A stretch of 38,544 nt of DNA, taken from NCBI GenBank assembly GCA_040383445.1, contig JBEIDM010000001.1, positions 1 to 38,544 on the forward strand, read 5' to 3'. The notes beneath the pieces are model-generated. The model ran no database searches, was not told the DNA's origin, and saw only the letters and a list, made by a program, of their open reading frames with translations. The stretch comes from Candidatus Methylopumilus sp. (lineage in GTDB: Bacteria; Pseudomonadota; Gammaproteobacteria; Burkholderiales; Methylophilaceae). Both the position numbers and the translations under genes were made by a program. Of the stretch, positions 1 to 10,897 are shown one piece after another (the first letter of the stretch is position 1; every line of letters starts with the position of its first letter).

Positions 1-611
1 ACAGCTTGAGCACCCGCAGCAATTTGCGCATTCAAATATTGAATCACGGTTTGTGCGGTCGTTTCTAAAATATGGTGCAATAAATCAGGACGGGCATAAG
101 CCATTTTTTTGATGTTCAAAAAGTCGGTACCGCCCTTGCCTTCAACCATGTAAGTAGCGAGCGTCCAAGGACTTCCTGAAAAGCCAATCAGCGGCACGCG
201 ACCATCCAGTGTTTTGCGAATTTGGCTCACTGCGTCAAACACGTATTTCAGTTTTGCCATATCAGGCACTTCTAATTTCTGAATGTCCGTTTCTTGTTGA
301 AGCGTGCGTTCAAATTTAGGGCCTTCACCTTCTTCAAAATAAAGTCCTAAGCCCATTGCATCAGGCACGGTCAAAATGTCTGAGAATAGAATCGAAGCGT
401 CGAGTAATGGATAGCGATCTAAGGGCTGAATTGTCACTTCGGTTGCGAAGTCTGGATTCTTGCAAAGCTGTAGAAAACTACCTGCTGTTTTACGGCTTTC
501 ACGATACTCAGGTAAATAACGTCCCGCTTGTCGCATCATCCATACAGGGGTGTAATCTGTTGGTTGGCGCATGAGTGCTTTTAGAAAAGTATCGTTCTTT
601 AACATCGTCAT
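1..611 (-). CDS. hemE: Uroporphyrinogen decarboxylase, 5' part; runs off the window's left edge; absent from the ORF track
   Basis: Manual minus-strand translation from ATG at 611 gives [37 protein letters not shown]..., containing the HemE [15 protein letters not shown] signature. Confidence 0.95.
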   Translation of the reverse strand, partial: MTMLKNDTFLKALMRQPTDYTPVWMMRQAGRYLPEYRESRKTAGSFLQLCKNPDFATEVTIQPLDRYPLLDASILFSDILTVPDAMGLGLYFEEGEGPKFERTLQQETDIQKLEVPDMAKLKYVFDAVSQIRKTLDGRVPLIGFSGSPWTLATYMVEGKGGTDFLNIKKMAYARPDLLHHILETTAQTVIQYLNAQIAAGAQA

Positions 612-643
612 TTTTTGTCTTTAAATAGTGTAATTCAATGATG

Positions 644-673
644 AAAAAAGGGTGCTAAGCACCCTTTTCTTTT
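644..673. terminator. Intrinsic terminator hairpin after gltD
   Basis: AAAAGGGTGC-TAA-GCACCCTTTT inverted repeat with A/T tracts, just past the gltD stop. Confidence 0.85.
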
Positions 674-681
674 ACGCTAAA

Positions 682-2109
682 TTAGCGAGGTAATTTAGAT
701 GAGCCCATTAAGAACTCATCGACTGCTCTAGCACATTGACGGCCTTCGCGAATCGCCCAAACAACCAATGATTGACCACGACGCATATCGCCAGCTGCAA
801 AGATTTTAGCTTTAGAGGTTGCGTAACAACCTTCGCCATCTGTGGTTGCTTTAGCGTTACCGCGGTTGTCTTTTTCCACGCCAAACGCATCGAGCACTTT
901 TTGCATTGGACTGACAAAGCCCATAGCAAGCAAGACCAAGTCTGCTTTGATAGTGAATTCAGTCCCTGGAATTTCTTCCATTTTGCCGTTTTTCCACTCA
1001 ACCTTAGCGCCTTTAAGCGCTGTGACTTTACCGTTTTCACCAATAAATTCTTTGGTTGTCACAGACCAGTCACGCTCACAACCTTCTTCGTGTGAACTTG
1101 AAGTGCGAAGTTTAAGTGGCCAGTTTGGCCAGACCATTTCTTTATTTTCTTTTGCTGGTGGTTGAGGCATCAATTCAAATTGCGTAATGGATAGTGCGCC
1201 ATGACGGTTAGATGTACCTACGCAATCAGAACCAGTGTCACCGCCGCCAATCACAACCACATGTTTATTGGTCGCCATGATTTGATTAGGAATCGTGTCA
1301 CCTGCCACCACTTTGTTTTGTGGTGTTAAAAAGTCCATCGCAAAGTGTACGCCATCTAATTCACGGCCAGTAGCCGGTAAGTCGCGTGGGTGCTCTGCAC
1401 CTCCAGCTAAAACCACAGCATCGAATTCTTTTGTGAGTTGATCAGCGCTCACATTTTCACCAACGGTTTGATTCACACGGAATTCAACACCTTCGGCTTC
1501 CATTTGTTTGATGCGACGGTCGATATGACTTTTTTCGAATTTAAAGTCAGGGATGCCGTAACGTAACAAACCACCAATACGTGTTTCTTTTTCAAATACC
1601 ACCACATTGTGACCAGCACGAGCCAATTGCTGCGCTGCTGCCATACCCGCAGGGCCTGAGCCTACGATGGCAATTTTTTTGCCAGTTTTATGTGATGGCG
1701 GTTGTGGAACTACCCAGTTATTTTCCCAAGCTTTATCAATGATCGCGTGTTCAATTGATTTAATACCAACTGCATCGTCATTAATGTTGAGCGTACATGC
1801 TGCTTCGCAAGGTGCTGGACAGATACGACCAGTGAACTCTGGGAAGTTATTGGTTGAATGCAATACATCAATCGCACCGCGCCAATCTTGTTGGTAAACC
1901 AAATCATTCCAGTCAGGAATAATATTGTTGATTGGACAGCCTGTTGTACAGAATGGAATGCCGCAATCCATGCAACGTGCGCCTTGAATTTTAGCCTCTT
2001 CATCGCTGAGATGAATGACGAACTCTTTGTAGTTTTTAACGCGATCAGTGACAGGCAAATTTGCCTCTGAAAGACGTTCATACTCCATAAAACCGGTGAC
2101 TTTACCCGT
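682..2109 (-). CDS. gltD: Glutamate synthase small (beta) subunit; start either at ACG 2109 or at ATG 2088
   Basis: [11 protein letters not shown] and GRICPAPCE Fe-S motifs, GSGPAG FAD motif, GGGDTG NADPH motif; the typical N-terminus GKVTGF lies in frame upstream of the ORF-track start. Confidence 0.96.
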   Translation of the reverse strand, partial: TGKVTGFMEYERLSEANLPVTDRVKNYKEFVIHLSDEEAKIQGARCMDCGIPFCTTGCPINNIIPDWNDLVYQQDWRGAIDVLHSTNNFPEFTGRICPAPCEAACTLNINDDAVGIKSIEHAIIDKAWENNWVVPQPPSHKTGKKIAIVGSGPAGMAAAQQLARAGHNVVVFEKETRIGGLLRYGIPDFKFEKSHIDRRIKQMEAEGVEFRVNQTVGENVSADQLTKEFDAVVLAGGAEHPRDLPATGRELDGVHFAMDFLTPQNKVVAGDTIPNQIMATNKHVVVIGGGDTGSDCVGTSNRHGALSITQFELMPQPPAKENKEMVWPNWPLKLRTSSSHEEGCERDWSVTTKEFIGENGKVTALKGAKVEWKNGKMEEIPGTEFTIKADLVLLAMGFVSPMQKVLDAFGVEKDNRGNAKATTDGEGCYATSKAKIFAAGDMRRGQSLVVWAIREGRQCARAVDEFLMGSSKLPR

Positions 2110-5100
2110 TATGCAGCTTCCTTCTTAGCAGCAGCGGCCAACTCTGTGAGGGCACGCTTATATTCATTTGGCATCACTTTAACAAACTTAGTTCTCATGT
2201 TCGCCCAATCTGCACGAATTGCTTGAGCACGTTCACTGCCTGTGTAGGCAATGTGTTTATCAATGAGTGCTAATAATGTTGTTTCGTCGGCTTGATTTAA
2301 GTGGTTAACGCTACCAGGGGTAAACGTTGAAGCTGGCTCAACTTTTTCGAGTGAAACCATGCCCATGTTGCAACGTTTGTTGAACATGCCATCTTCGTCA
2401 TACACGTAAGCCACACCGCCAGACATACCAGCAGCAAAGTTAAGGCCAGTTTGACCTAGCACCACTACTGTACCGCCAGTCATGTATTCACAACCGTGGT
2501 TACCAACGCCTTCGACGACTGCACTTGCACCTGAATTACGGACACAGAAACGTTCGCCTGCGACGCCGCGGAAATAACTTTCGCCTGTGGTTGCGCCGAA
2601 CATCACGGTATTACCAGCAATCACGTTTTCATGTGCGATACCGCGGAAAGCTTTAGGTGGTTTAATCACAATACGACCGCCACACAAGCCTTTACCAACA
2701 TAGTCGTTACCCTCGCCAGTCAGTTCTATGCTGATGCCATGTGCCAAGAATGCGGCAAAGCTTTGACCGGCCGTGCCAGTTAACTTAATGTTAATCGTTT
2801 CGTCTGGTAAACCTGCATTGCCATAAATGCTTGCCACTTGATTAGACAACATGGTGCCGCATGTACGGTTAGTGTTGGTAATCGGCAAGTCAATATTGAC
2901 CTTCTCGCCTTTTTCTAAGGCTGGCTTAGCAAGCGCGATAAGCTGATTATCCAGTGCGTGTTTTAAACCATGATCTTGGTTTTCATTGTGATGCAATGAA
3001 ACTTCTTCACCCACTTTAGGCTGGTGGAATATCTTAGTGAAATCCAAGCCCGAAGCTTTCCAGTGATCCAAGCCTTTTTGCATATCCAATAAATCAGCAC
3101 GGCCGATTAAATCATTAAATTTGCGTATGCCCATTTCAGCCATCAGTTCACGCACTTCTTCAGCAATAAAGAAGAAGTAATTCACAACGTGCTCTGGTTG
3201 ACCAGTAAAGCGTTTACGCAATTCAGGATCTTGTGTTGCCACACCTACTGGACAAGTGTTGAGGTGGCATTTACGCATCATGATGCAGCCTTCAACAACA
3301 AGCGGCGCTGTTGCAAAACCAAACTCATCGGCACCTAGTAATGCACCAATCAGTACGTCACGACCTGTTTTCATTTGGCCGTCAACTTGCAAGATCACAC
3401 GACCACGCAATTGGTTAAGCACTAAAGTTTGCTGTGTTTCAGCCAAACCAAGTTCCCACGGCGTACCCGCATGTTTGATCGATGAAATTGGTGAAGCACC
3501 AGTACCACCGTCATGACCAGCCACAACAATGTGATCTGATTTTGCTTTTGCTACACCAGCAGCAACAGTGCCAATACCCGTTTCTGATACCAATTTCACA
3601 GAGATTTCAGCTTTTGGATTTGCATTTTTCAAATCGTGAATCAATTGTGCTAAATCTTCGATAGAGTAAATATCGTGATGCGGCGGCGGTGAAATTAAAC
3701 CTACGCCAGGTACTGAGAAACGTAACTGTGCAATATATGGGCTGACTTTGTGGCCTGGTAATTGACCGCCTTCACCAGGTTTTGCACCTTGTGCCATTTT
3801 GATTTGGATTTGGTCTGCGTTTGCTAAATATTCAGCAGTCACACCGAAGCGACCTGAGGCCACTTGCTTAATTTTTGAGCGCATTGAATCGCCTGCTTTA
3901 AGCGCAATGTCTGTTTCAATTAAACTCGCACCAATCACTTCAGCCATTGAGCTGGCTTTGGCTACAGGAATGAAACGTTTAGGATCTTCGCCGCCTTCGC
4001 CAGTATTTGATTTGCCGCCAATGCGGTTCATCGCAATCGCTAATGTTGCATGAGCCTCAGTTGAAATAGAACCTAAAGACATCGCGCCTGTAGCAAAACG
4101 TTTAACAATTTCTTTTGCTGGTTCAACTTCATCTAAAGGCACAGGTGCGCCAGCAGATTTAATGTCGAACAAGCTACGCAAAGTCATATGACGACGACTT
4201 TGATCGTTGATGAGTTTTGCGTATTCTTTGTAAGTGCTTGCTTCGCCTGTACGGGTTGCAAGTTGTAATTTAGAAATGGATTCAGGTGTCCACATGTGTT
4301 CTTCGCCACGCACACGGAAAGCATATTCACCACCCGCTTCAAGTGCATTCGCAAGCACTGGATCTTCACCAAACGCATTGTTGTGCATATTGATCGCTTC
4401 TTGAGCAACTTCGCTTAAGCCAATGCCTTCAATGTGCGTTGCAGTACCTGTGAAGTATTTTTCAATAAATGCTGTGTTGAGACCAATTGCTTCAAAGATT
4501 TGTGCGCCGCAATAAGATTGGTAAGTTGAAATACCCATCTTAGACATGACTTTATGTAAGCCTTTGCCGATCGCCTTCACAAATTTCTTATTGCTTTCGT
4601 AAGTGTCGTTACCCACTAAATCAGCAATAGTTTGGAATGCCAACCAAGGACAAACAGCTTCTGCGCCATAGCCGGCAAGCAATGCAAAATGATGCACTTC
4701 GCGTGCAGAACCAGTGTCTACTACCAAGCCAGTGCTGGTGCGGAGGCCGGCACGCACTAATGATTGATGCGTTGCTGAAGTCGCAAGTAACGCAGGAATT
4801 GCTAAGCGATCCTTACTGACATTGCGATCCGACAAGATTAAAACATTGAAGCCATCGTGGACTGCTTTATTAGCGGCAACACAAACGGATTCAACAGCTG
4901 CTTCCATGCCACGTTTACCTTGCTCGGCAGGGTAAGTAATGTCCAATGTCAGTGTGCGATATTGGTTTTGTGTAAAGGTGCTAATCGCTTTAAGTTGTTC
5001 TAATTCTTCAAGCATTAAAACAGGCTGACTTGCCTCTAAACGCATTGGAGGATTGGTTTCATCAATACCAAGTAAATTAGGTTTTGGACCAATAAATGTC

Positions 5101-6737
5101 ACCAATGACATCACTAATTCTTCACGAATTGGATCGATAGGTGGGTTAGTCACTTGCGCAAATAATTGCTTGAAGTAGTGATATAAAACTTTTGGTTTGT
5201 TTGATAACACTGAAAGTGCTGCATCATTACCCATAGAGCCAGATGCTTCTTCGCCGCTTGCAATCATAGGTTGCATCACAAACTTGATATCTTCTTGTGT
5301 GTAGCCAAATGCTTGTTGGGTATCTAACAAGCTAGCAGCCATTTCAACTTTTGCATCAACACTTGGTAAGTCGCTTAAGTGATAGCGAGACTTCTTCAAC
5401 CATTCTTGGTAAGGCTTCGCTTTTGCTAATTCTTGTTTAACTTCTGCATCATCAATAATGCGACCTTGCTCTAGGTTAATGAGCAACATTTTGCCTGGCT
5501 GAAGACGCCATTTTTTTACGATTTTTTCTTCAGGGAAAGTAAGCACGCCCATTTCCGAAGCCATCATCACATGGTCATCGTCAGTCACTAAATAGCGCGC
5601 TGGACGCAAACCGTTACGGTCTAATGTTGCGCCAATGGTTGTGCCGTCTGTAAATGCAACCGCTGCTGGACCATCCCATGGTTCCATCAATGCTGCATGA
5701 TATTCATAGAATGCACGTCTGTCGTCATCCATGAGTTTGCTAGCATTTTCGTTAGACCATGCCTCTGGAATTAGCATCATCATTGCGTGTGGTAATGAAT
5801 ATCCGCCAGCGACAAGCAACTCAAGTGCATTATCAAATGCTGCAGAGTCAGACTGACCTTCAACAATCAATGGCCATAATTTTTCTAGGTCTTCACCCAT
5901 TAACGCTGAACGCATTGATTCATGACGTGCCGCCATCCAATTGATATTGCCTTGCACGGTATTGATTTCACCGTTGTGCGCAATCATGCGGAATGGATGT
6001 GCTAAATCCCAAGCAGGGAAAGTGTTGGTAGAGAAACGTTGGTGCACAAGTGCTAGTGCAGAAACCATTGTTTCATCTTGCAAATCTTTGTAATAAACAC
6101 CCACTTCATTGGCAAGCAACATGCCTTTGTAAATGATGGTTTTTGAAGACAATGAAGGGAAATAGAACTGTGCTGAATCGTCTAATTTAAGGGCACGAAC
6201 TTCATGTTCGATACGTTTACGAATCACAAATAATTTACGCTCGAAAGCATTTTGATCTGCTAGCTTTTCATTGCGACCAATAAATACTTGGCGCATTTCT
6301 GGTTCAACATCTTTAGCCGCTTGAGCGATATTGCTATTGTCGCGAGGAACATCGCGCCAGCCGAGTAAGATTTGACCTTCTTCGTGAATGATACGAGCAA
6401 CAATAGACTCACAGGCTTCACGGCCGTTTTTAGTCTGAGGTAAGAATGCGGTACCGCAAGCGTATTCGCCTAGGGCTGGAAGCTTAATTCCAAGTTTCGT
6501 CGCTTCTTTGCGCATGAACGCATCAGGCATTTGAATCAAAATACCTGCGCCATCACCCAGTTTTGGGTCATAACCTGTTGCGCCACGATGCGTTAGGTTT
6601 GCAAGAATCTGCAAGCCTTGTTGCACAATCTTGTGGCTCTTGTTTCCCTTAATGTGGGCAACAAAACCTAAACCACAGGCATCACGCTCGTTAGAAGGAC
6701 TATATAAACCTTGTTGCTCTGGCATTCCGCTGCCCAT
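2109..6737 (-). CDS. gltB: Glutamate synthase large (alpha) subunit
   Basis: 1542 aa; [10 protein letters not shown]-terminal nucleophile Cys, [42 protein letters not shown] [3Fe-4S] motif. Confidence 0.98.
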   Translation of the reverse strand: MGSGMPEQQGLYSPSNERDACGLGFVAHIKGNKSHKIVQQGLQILANLTHRGATGYDPKLGDGAGILIQMPDAFMRKEATKLGIKLPALGEYACGTAFLPQTKNGREACESIVARIIHEEGQILLGWRDVPRDNSNIAQAAKDVEPEMRQVFIGRNEKLADQNAFERKLFVIRKRIEHEVRALKLDDSAQFYFPSLSSKTIIYKGMLLANEVGVYYKDLQDETMVSALALVHQRFSTNTFPAWDLAHPFRMIAHNGEINTVQGNINWMAARHESMRSALMGEDLEKLWPLIVEGQSDSAAFDNALELLVAGGYSLPHAMMMLIPEAWSNENASKLMDDDRRAFYEYHAALMEPWDGPAAVAFTDGTTIGATLDRNGLRPARYLVTDDDHVMMASEMGVLTFPEEKIVKKWRLQPGKMLLINLEQGRIIDDAEVKQELAKAKPYQEWLKKSRYHLSDLPSVDAKVEMAASLLDTQQAFGYTQEDIKFVMQPMIASGEEASGSMGNDAALSVLSNKPKVLYHYFKQLFAQVTNPPIDPIREELVMSLVTFIGPKPNLLGIDETNPPMRLEASQPVLMLEELEQLKAISTFTQNQYRTLTLDITYPAEQGKRGMEAAVESVCVAANKAVHDGFNVLILSDRNVSKDRLAIPALLATSATHQSLVRAGLRTSTGLVVDTGSAREVHHFALLAGYGAEAVCPWLAFQTIADLVGNDTYESNKKFVKAIGKGLHKVMSKMGISTYQSYCGAQIFEAIGLNTAFIEKYFTGTATHIEGIGLSEVAQEAINMHNNAFGEDPVLANALEAGGEYAFRVRGEEHMWTPESISKLQLATRTGEASTYKEYAKLINDQSRRHMTLRSLFDIKSAGAPVPLDEVEPAKEIVKRFATGAMSLGSISTEAHATLAIAMNRIGGKSNTGEGGEDPKRFIPVAKASSMAEVIGASLIETDIALKAGDSMRSKIKQVASGRFGVTAEYLANADQIQIKMAQGAKPGEGGQLPGHKVSPYIAQLRFSVPGVGLISPPPHHDIYSIEDLAQLIHDLKNANPKAEISVKLVSETGIGTVAAGVAKAKSDHIVVAGHDGGTGASPISSIKHAGTPWELGLAETQQTLVLNQLRGRVILQVDGQMKTGRDVLIGALLGADEFGFATAPLVVEGCIMMRKCHLNTCPVGVATQDPELRKRFTGQPEHVVNYFFFIAEEVRELMAEMGIRKFNDLIGRADLLDMQKGLDHWKASGLDFTKIFHQPKVGEEVSLHHNENQDHGLKHALDNQLIALAKPALEKGEKVNIDLPITNTNRTCGTMLSNQVASIYGNAGLPDETINIKLTGTAGQSFAAFLAHGISIELTGEGNDYVGKGLCGGRIVIKPPKAFRGIAHENVIAGNTVMFGATTGESYFRGVAGERFCVRNSGASAVVEGVGNHGCEYMTGGTVVVLGQTGLNFAAGMSGGVAYVYDEDGMFNKRCNMGMVSLEKVEPASTFTPGSVNHLNQADETTLLALIDKHIAYTGSERAQAIRADWANMRTKFVKVMPNEYKRALTELAAAAKKEAA

Positions 6738-6743
6738 TCCTAT

Positions 6744-6835
6744 CCCTCGTCATACTGATAAAAACGGACACCAAATCGAGGGTTTTGGTGTCCGCTAACC
6801 CCGTCTATGCTTGATTGTTGTGCCAACCAATCAGC
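6744..6835 (-). promoter_or_regulatory. Structured gltB 5' leader: terminator-like hairpin with U5 tract and an anti-SD loop
   Basis: Perfect 11-bp stem 6765-6775/6784-6794 followed on the mRNA strand by UUUUU (6760-6764); loop CCCUCG is complementary to CGAGGG at 6744-6749; second hairpin at 6809-6835. Confidence 0.55.
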
Positions 6836-7025
6836 TCACAGGAATATGTAAATTAAGCCGCTAAATTAATAAGTCATTTCAATTCTTGGTAAATCAATTG
6901 AAAAATATCGACATATTTTGCGGTGAAACCTTGTAATTCTACTGTCATTAGCCTTTAGCTTCAAGCTTTGCGCTTAAATCTATCTCTATTTTTAGTCTTC
7001 AAGATATGCCCCAGATTTTACTGAT

Positions 7026-8311
7026 TTAGGCTTTTAATTTTGCAAAGCTCTTTTTGGCAGCTGCAATCGTCGCTGCAATGTCTTCTTCAGTATGTGCTGC
7101 AGACACAAATCCAGCTTCAAACGCTGATGGAGCAAGGTAAATGCCTTCGTCTAACATGAAATGAAAGAAGTGATTAAACGCCTCTTTATCTGTCTTCATA
7201 ATCTCATCAAAGCTGGTTGGAACGGTTTTGCTGAAATAAAGGCCAAACATGCCGCCCACTGATTGCGTGCAAAAATCAATGCCAGCTTCTTTGGCGGCAT
7301 CGCTTAAGCCTTGCATTAGTTTGTGAGTGCTTGCGCTTAATTTGTCATGAAAGCCAGGCGCTTGAATCAGTTCTAATGTTTTCATGCCAGCAGCAACCGC
7401 CACTGGATTGCCTGACAATGTGCCCGCTTGGTATACCGGCCCAACAGGGCTAAGCATTGCATGATGTCAGCACGGCCGCCAAAAGCACCTACTGGCAAGC
7501 CACCACCTATTACTTTGCCTAAGGTCGTCATGTCAGGTTTTACATTGTAAAGCGCTTGAGCACCGCCTAGAGCAACGCGGAAGCCTGTCATAACTTCATC
7601 AAAAATTAATACTGCACCATGCTTAGTACATTCTTCACGTAAAGTTTCCAAGAATCCTTTAATCGGCGTGACGAGGTTCATATTGCCAGCCACCGCTTCA
7701 ACAATAATGCAGGCAATTTCATCGCCAATTTCGTTGAATAAAGTTTTAACACCTTCGATATCGTTGTAATTCAGAGTGAGTGTGTGGGCTGCAACTTCTG
7801 GTGGTACGCCAGCTGAGCTTGGTGTGCCAAATGTCAGCAATCCTGAACCTGCCTTCACTAAAAGTGCATCAGCGTGGCCGTGGTAACAACCTTCAAATTT
7901 GACGATCTTGCTGCGACCTGTAAAACCACGCGCAACACGAATCGCGCTCATGGTGGCTTCAGTGCCCGAGCTGACAAGACGAACTTGTTCCATGCTTGGT
8001 ACCAGTTTTTGGATCATTTCTGCCATGTCTAATTCACGTGCAGTTGGTGCGCCAAAAGATAAACTATTACCAGCGACTTCACGCACGGTGTTAATCACCT
8101 CTGGATGCGCGTGGCCTAAAATCATTGGTCCCCATGAGCCAATATAGTCGATATATTGCTTGTCATCCTCATCCCATAATTTAGAGCCTAGACCGCGTTT
8201 AAAAAATACTGGCGTACCGCCTACAGAGCGGAAAGCGCGCACTGGTGAATTAACACCACCAGGGATGAGTTTTTGAGATTTTTCGAAAAGGCTTTGGTTT
8301 CTTGAAGTCAT
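7026..8311 (-). CDS. hemL: Glutamate-1-semialdehyde 2,1-aminomutase, split by a 1-nt frameshift near 7447-7449 (probable sequencing error)
   Basis: [20 protein letters not shown] and [13 protein letters not shown] in ORF 7382-8311; [15 protein letters not shown] in ORF 7026-7457; adding one C to a C-run restores ...CLAPVGPVYQ... Confidence 0.93.
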
Positions 8312-8331
8312 GGTTGTGTGCTCTTAAAAGC

Positions 8332-8970
8332 TTAAAAAATAGATGAAAATTGTTGCGCTGTAGCCCGAATTTTATCGTTCTCTTGTTTAAATAATTCGCC
8401 AATTACCGCAATAGCGTCAGCACCTGCTTTTACAACGGATGCGGCATTTTCTAGTGTAATGCCTCCTATGGCAACGCTAGGAAGATTAAGTTTTTTTGCT
8501 TGTGTAAATAAATCCAGTTCCGCGCCTGGTGCATTTGGTTTTGTGCTTGATGGAAAGCATGCACCAAAGGCTACGTAATCCGCCCCTGCTTTTTCTGCCG
8601 CTTCCGCTCTAGCAAATTCACCATAACATGAGACGCCAAGTATCTTATCTTCGCCAATCATGTTTTTAATTGCGGCGATATTGCCATCATCTCCGCCAAT
8701 ATGAACGCCATCTGCATTAATTTCTAAACATAATGTAACGTGGTCATTAATAATCAATGGAATCCCGTGTTTTCTACATACTTCTAGCAAGGCTAGTGAT
8801 TGCTTGATACGTAATTTTTGGTCAGCGACTTTGTTACGGTATTGCACCACGCGTGCGCCACCCAAGATGCTCGCTTCAACCATTTCACATAGAAGGTCGG
8901 TCTCGACTAAGTCCGGAGTGATTGCATAAAGTCCTGCAATCTTAAATTCACGGCAATGTGCTTCTAACAT
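8332..8970 (-). CDS. thiE: Thiamine-phosphate synthase
   Basis: GLYAITP, VQYRNK, LIIND, ADGVHIG, SSTKP and AIGGIT motifs. Confidence 0.93.
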   Translation of the reverse strand: MLEAHCREFKIAGLYAITPDLVETDLLCEMVEASILGGARVVQYRNKVADQKLRIKQSLALLEVCRKHGIPLIINDHVTLCLEINADGVHIGGDDGNIAAIKNMIGEDKILGVSCYGEFARAEAAEKAGADYVAFGACFPSSTKPNAPGAELDLFTQAKKLNLPSVAIGGITLENAASVVKAGADAIAVIGELFKQENDKIRATAQQFSSIF

Positions 8971-8977
8971 GTTGCGA

Positions 8978-9805
8978 TTATTCGTTTTCTTCTTCGCGCG
9001 CCCAGAACATACGATCAGGAATATGCTGCCCCATTCCAGGACGGAAACCTGCTTTTAATGTCTGCCATGTATATTCCTGCGCCTCTAAAACTGCCTCTTC
9101 CATCGTAAGGCCATGAGCGATACAAGCAGCAATTGCTGAAGTGAGTGTGCAGCCAGAGCCGTGGTAACTGCCTGGCAAACGTTCCCAGTTGTATGCTTTA
9201 ATCAAACCACCTTCACCATATAAAGTATTGACTACGTCATTAGAGCGCTCATGTGTGCCAGTGATAAGTACATATTCAGCACCCATGTCTAATAAGCGTT
9301 GAGCACTTTCATCGAGTGATGCATTTTCTGCTTCGTCTGAATCATCGTTGTAATAAGCTAAGCGACGTGCTTCGATGCTATTTGGTGTTAGTAACGTTGC
9401 TTGCGGAAAAAGCAAATCAATCATCGCGGCTTGTATATCATCGGTTGCAAGTTCATCGCCACGACCAGATGACAATACGGGGTCAATTAATAAAGGCGTA
9501 TCTGGATAATCCGCCATAATTTCGGCAATGACGGCCACATTCTCTACGCTACCCAGCATACCAATTTTGAAAGCCATCACTTGCATATCTTCTAAAATAG
9601 TACGCGCTTGTTCATTCACCCAATCCGCATCAAACACCATGATATTTTCAACGCCGACGGTGTCTTGCACAGTAATTCCCGTCACCACTGAAAGTGGATG
9701 GCAGCCAATGCTAGCAAAGGTCAAAATGTCAGCTTGTAAACCTGCACCGCTACTTGGGTCGGTGGCTGCGAAAGTCATCACTGATGGAGGCATAAGATTT
9801 GTCAT
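8978..9805 (-). CDS. thiD: Hydroxymethylpyrimidine/phosphomethylpyrimidine kinase family protein
   Basis: DPSSGAGLQADI, KIGMLGS, DPV, LTPN and YHGSGCTL ribokinase-fold motifs; adjacent to thiE. Confidence 0.88.
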   Translation of the reverse strand: MTNLMPPSVMTFAATDPSSGAGLQADILTFASIGCHPLSVVTGITVQDTVGVENIMVFDADWVNEQARTILEDMQVMAFKIGMLGSVENVAVIAEIMADYPDTPLLIDPVLSSGRGDELATDDIQAAMIDLLFPQATLLTPNSIEARRLAYYNDDSDEAENASLDESAQRLLDMGAEYVLITGTHERSNDVVNTLYGEGGLIKAYNWERLPGSYHGSGCTLTSAIAACIAHGLTMEEAVLEAQEYTWQTLKAGFRPGMGQHIPDRMFWAREEENE

Positions 9806-9946
9806 GAATATAATTGATTGGTAATTTAAGTGATGAGCGAAGAGGAGATTTAAAGTTTACATTTTAGCTTAAAAGCTGGTTGTTATTAGGAGATTTTGTT
9901 TTAAACCAGATCAATCATTTTTTGCGATTTATAAAGGCAGTTATTA

Positions 9947-9976
9947 TTGACATAACTATATGTTTTATAGTAATAT
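9947..9976 (+). promoter_or_regulatory. Putative sigma70 promoter of the islet genes with an overlapping palindromic operator
   Basis: TTGACA (9947-9952)-N18-TAATAT (9971-9976); ACTATA-N5-TATAGT palindrome at 9955-9971 fills the spacer. Confidence 0.55.
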
Positions 9977-10109
9977 TATTAGTGCATAAAGAGTTGGAAT
10001 AACCATGCCAACCTGTCTTAAAAGATAAGGTGGAAATTAATAATGCGGTAGTGATATGAACACTACAATTTCTAAGTCATGGTGTTCCTAAATTTATAAA
10101 GGAGTCACT

Positions 10110-10697
10110 ATGAATGCCATCAATACTATTCAGAAAATAATTCAATCTCGATGTAATGAGTTAAATATTACTTACAAAGAACTCGTTATAAAAACAGGAT
10201 ACTCAAACGTCTCCGTCGGTCTTAAGCGACTCAACCAATTATTCAACAATGATTATCAAGCATCAGCTGGATTAATTGAAAAGCTACCTTTAGCACTTAA
10301 CTTGTCAGTAGCAGAAATTAATCAAGCAATTATTTGTTCTAAATTGGAACAAAAAGCTGAGCAAGATGAAATTGACCGATTGTGGTTTAGACCTAATGTG
10401 TTAGCCAGAACTGAACAAAGAGGTAGACCTAAGCAAATTTTCATTGCCGCCATTCTCAATGCAAACCAATATATCGCTCATGACTTTCCTGCTGATTTAC
10501 ATGTTTCTGAGTACAAACGTTATGCGTTAAATTTTTATTATTCAAATGCTGAGCGTGTTGATGCGTTCTTTTATGCGCCTGTTGATATCGCGATTAATTA
10601 TTCATACGAGCATTCAGAAATTATTACACTTGCAGGTGACCATATTGAATATCTAAATAAGCATGAAAGTGTAGGTAAGTTGACTTATGAAATTTGA
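10110..10697 (+). CDS. Hypothetical protein, 195 aa, with a possible N-terminal XRE/Cro-like helix-turn-helix
   Basis: SD AAGGAG upstream; IIQSRCNELNITYKELVIKTGYSNVSVGLKRLNQL resembles an XRE-type HTH pattern; AT-rich codons. Confidence 0.7.
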   Translation: MNAINTIQKIIQSRCNELNITYKELVIKTGYSNVSVGLKRLNQLFNNDYQASAGLIEKLPLALNLSVAEINQAIICSKLEQKAEQDEIDRLWFRPNVLARTEQRGRPKQIFIAAILNANQYIAHDFPADLHVSEYKRYALNFYYSNAERVDAFFYAPVDIAINYSYEHSEIITLAGDHIEYLNKHESVGKLTYEI

Positions 10698-10896
10698 TTA
10701 TTCAACTAATCCACCAACAGCATGGAAAGTTGAAGATGGAGATTGGGTTCCAGTTGATAACCGTGATGTGATGCAGTGCACTGTTTGTCAGAAGTATTTT
10801 GTAAATACAAATTTGTTAAACAGGACACCTATATGCAGTACTGGATGTCATTTAAAAATGATCGAGAACTTGAGAGCTAATGAAATGAAAATCTAA
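10687..10896 (+). CDS. Small hypothetical protein, 69 aa, with a CxxC...CSxxC putative zinc-binding motif
   Basis: CTVC-x13-CSTGC; overlaps the upstream gene by 11 nt; stop codon is 1 nt from the tRNA CCA end. Confidence 0.55.
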   Translation: MKFDYSTNPPTAWKVEDGDWVPVDNRDVMQCTVCQKYFVNTNLLNRTPICSTGCHLKMIENLRANEMKI

Positions 10897-10897
10897 T

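Noticed and set aside
356-574. 72-aa plus-strand ORF in the track
   Set aside because: Antisense shadow of hemE, which occupies the minus strand
6812-6825. TGGCAC on the minus strand upstream of gltB as a sigma54 promoter
   Set aside because: No GC at the required 10-nt spacing (reads TGGCAC-AACAA-TCAAG)
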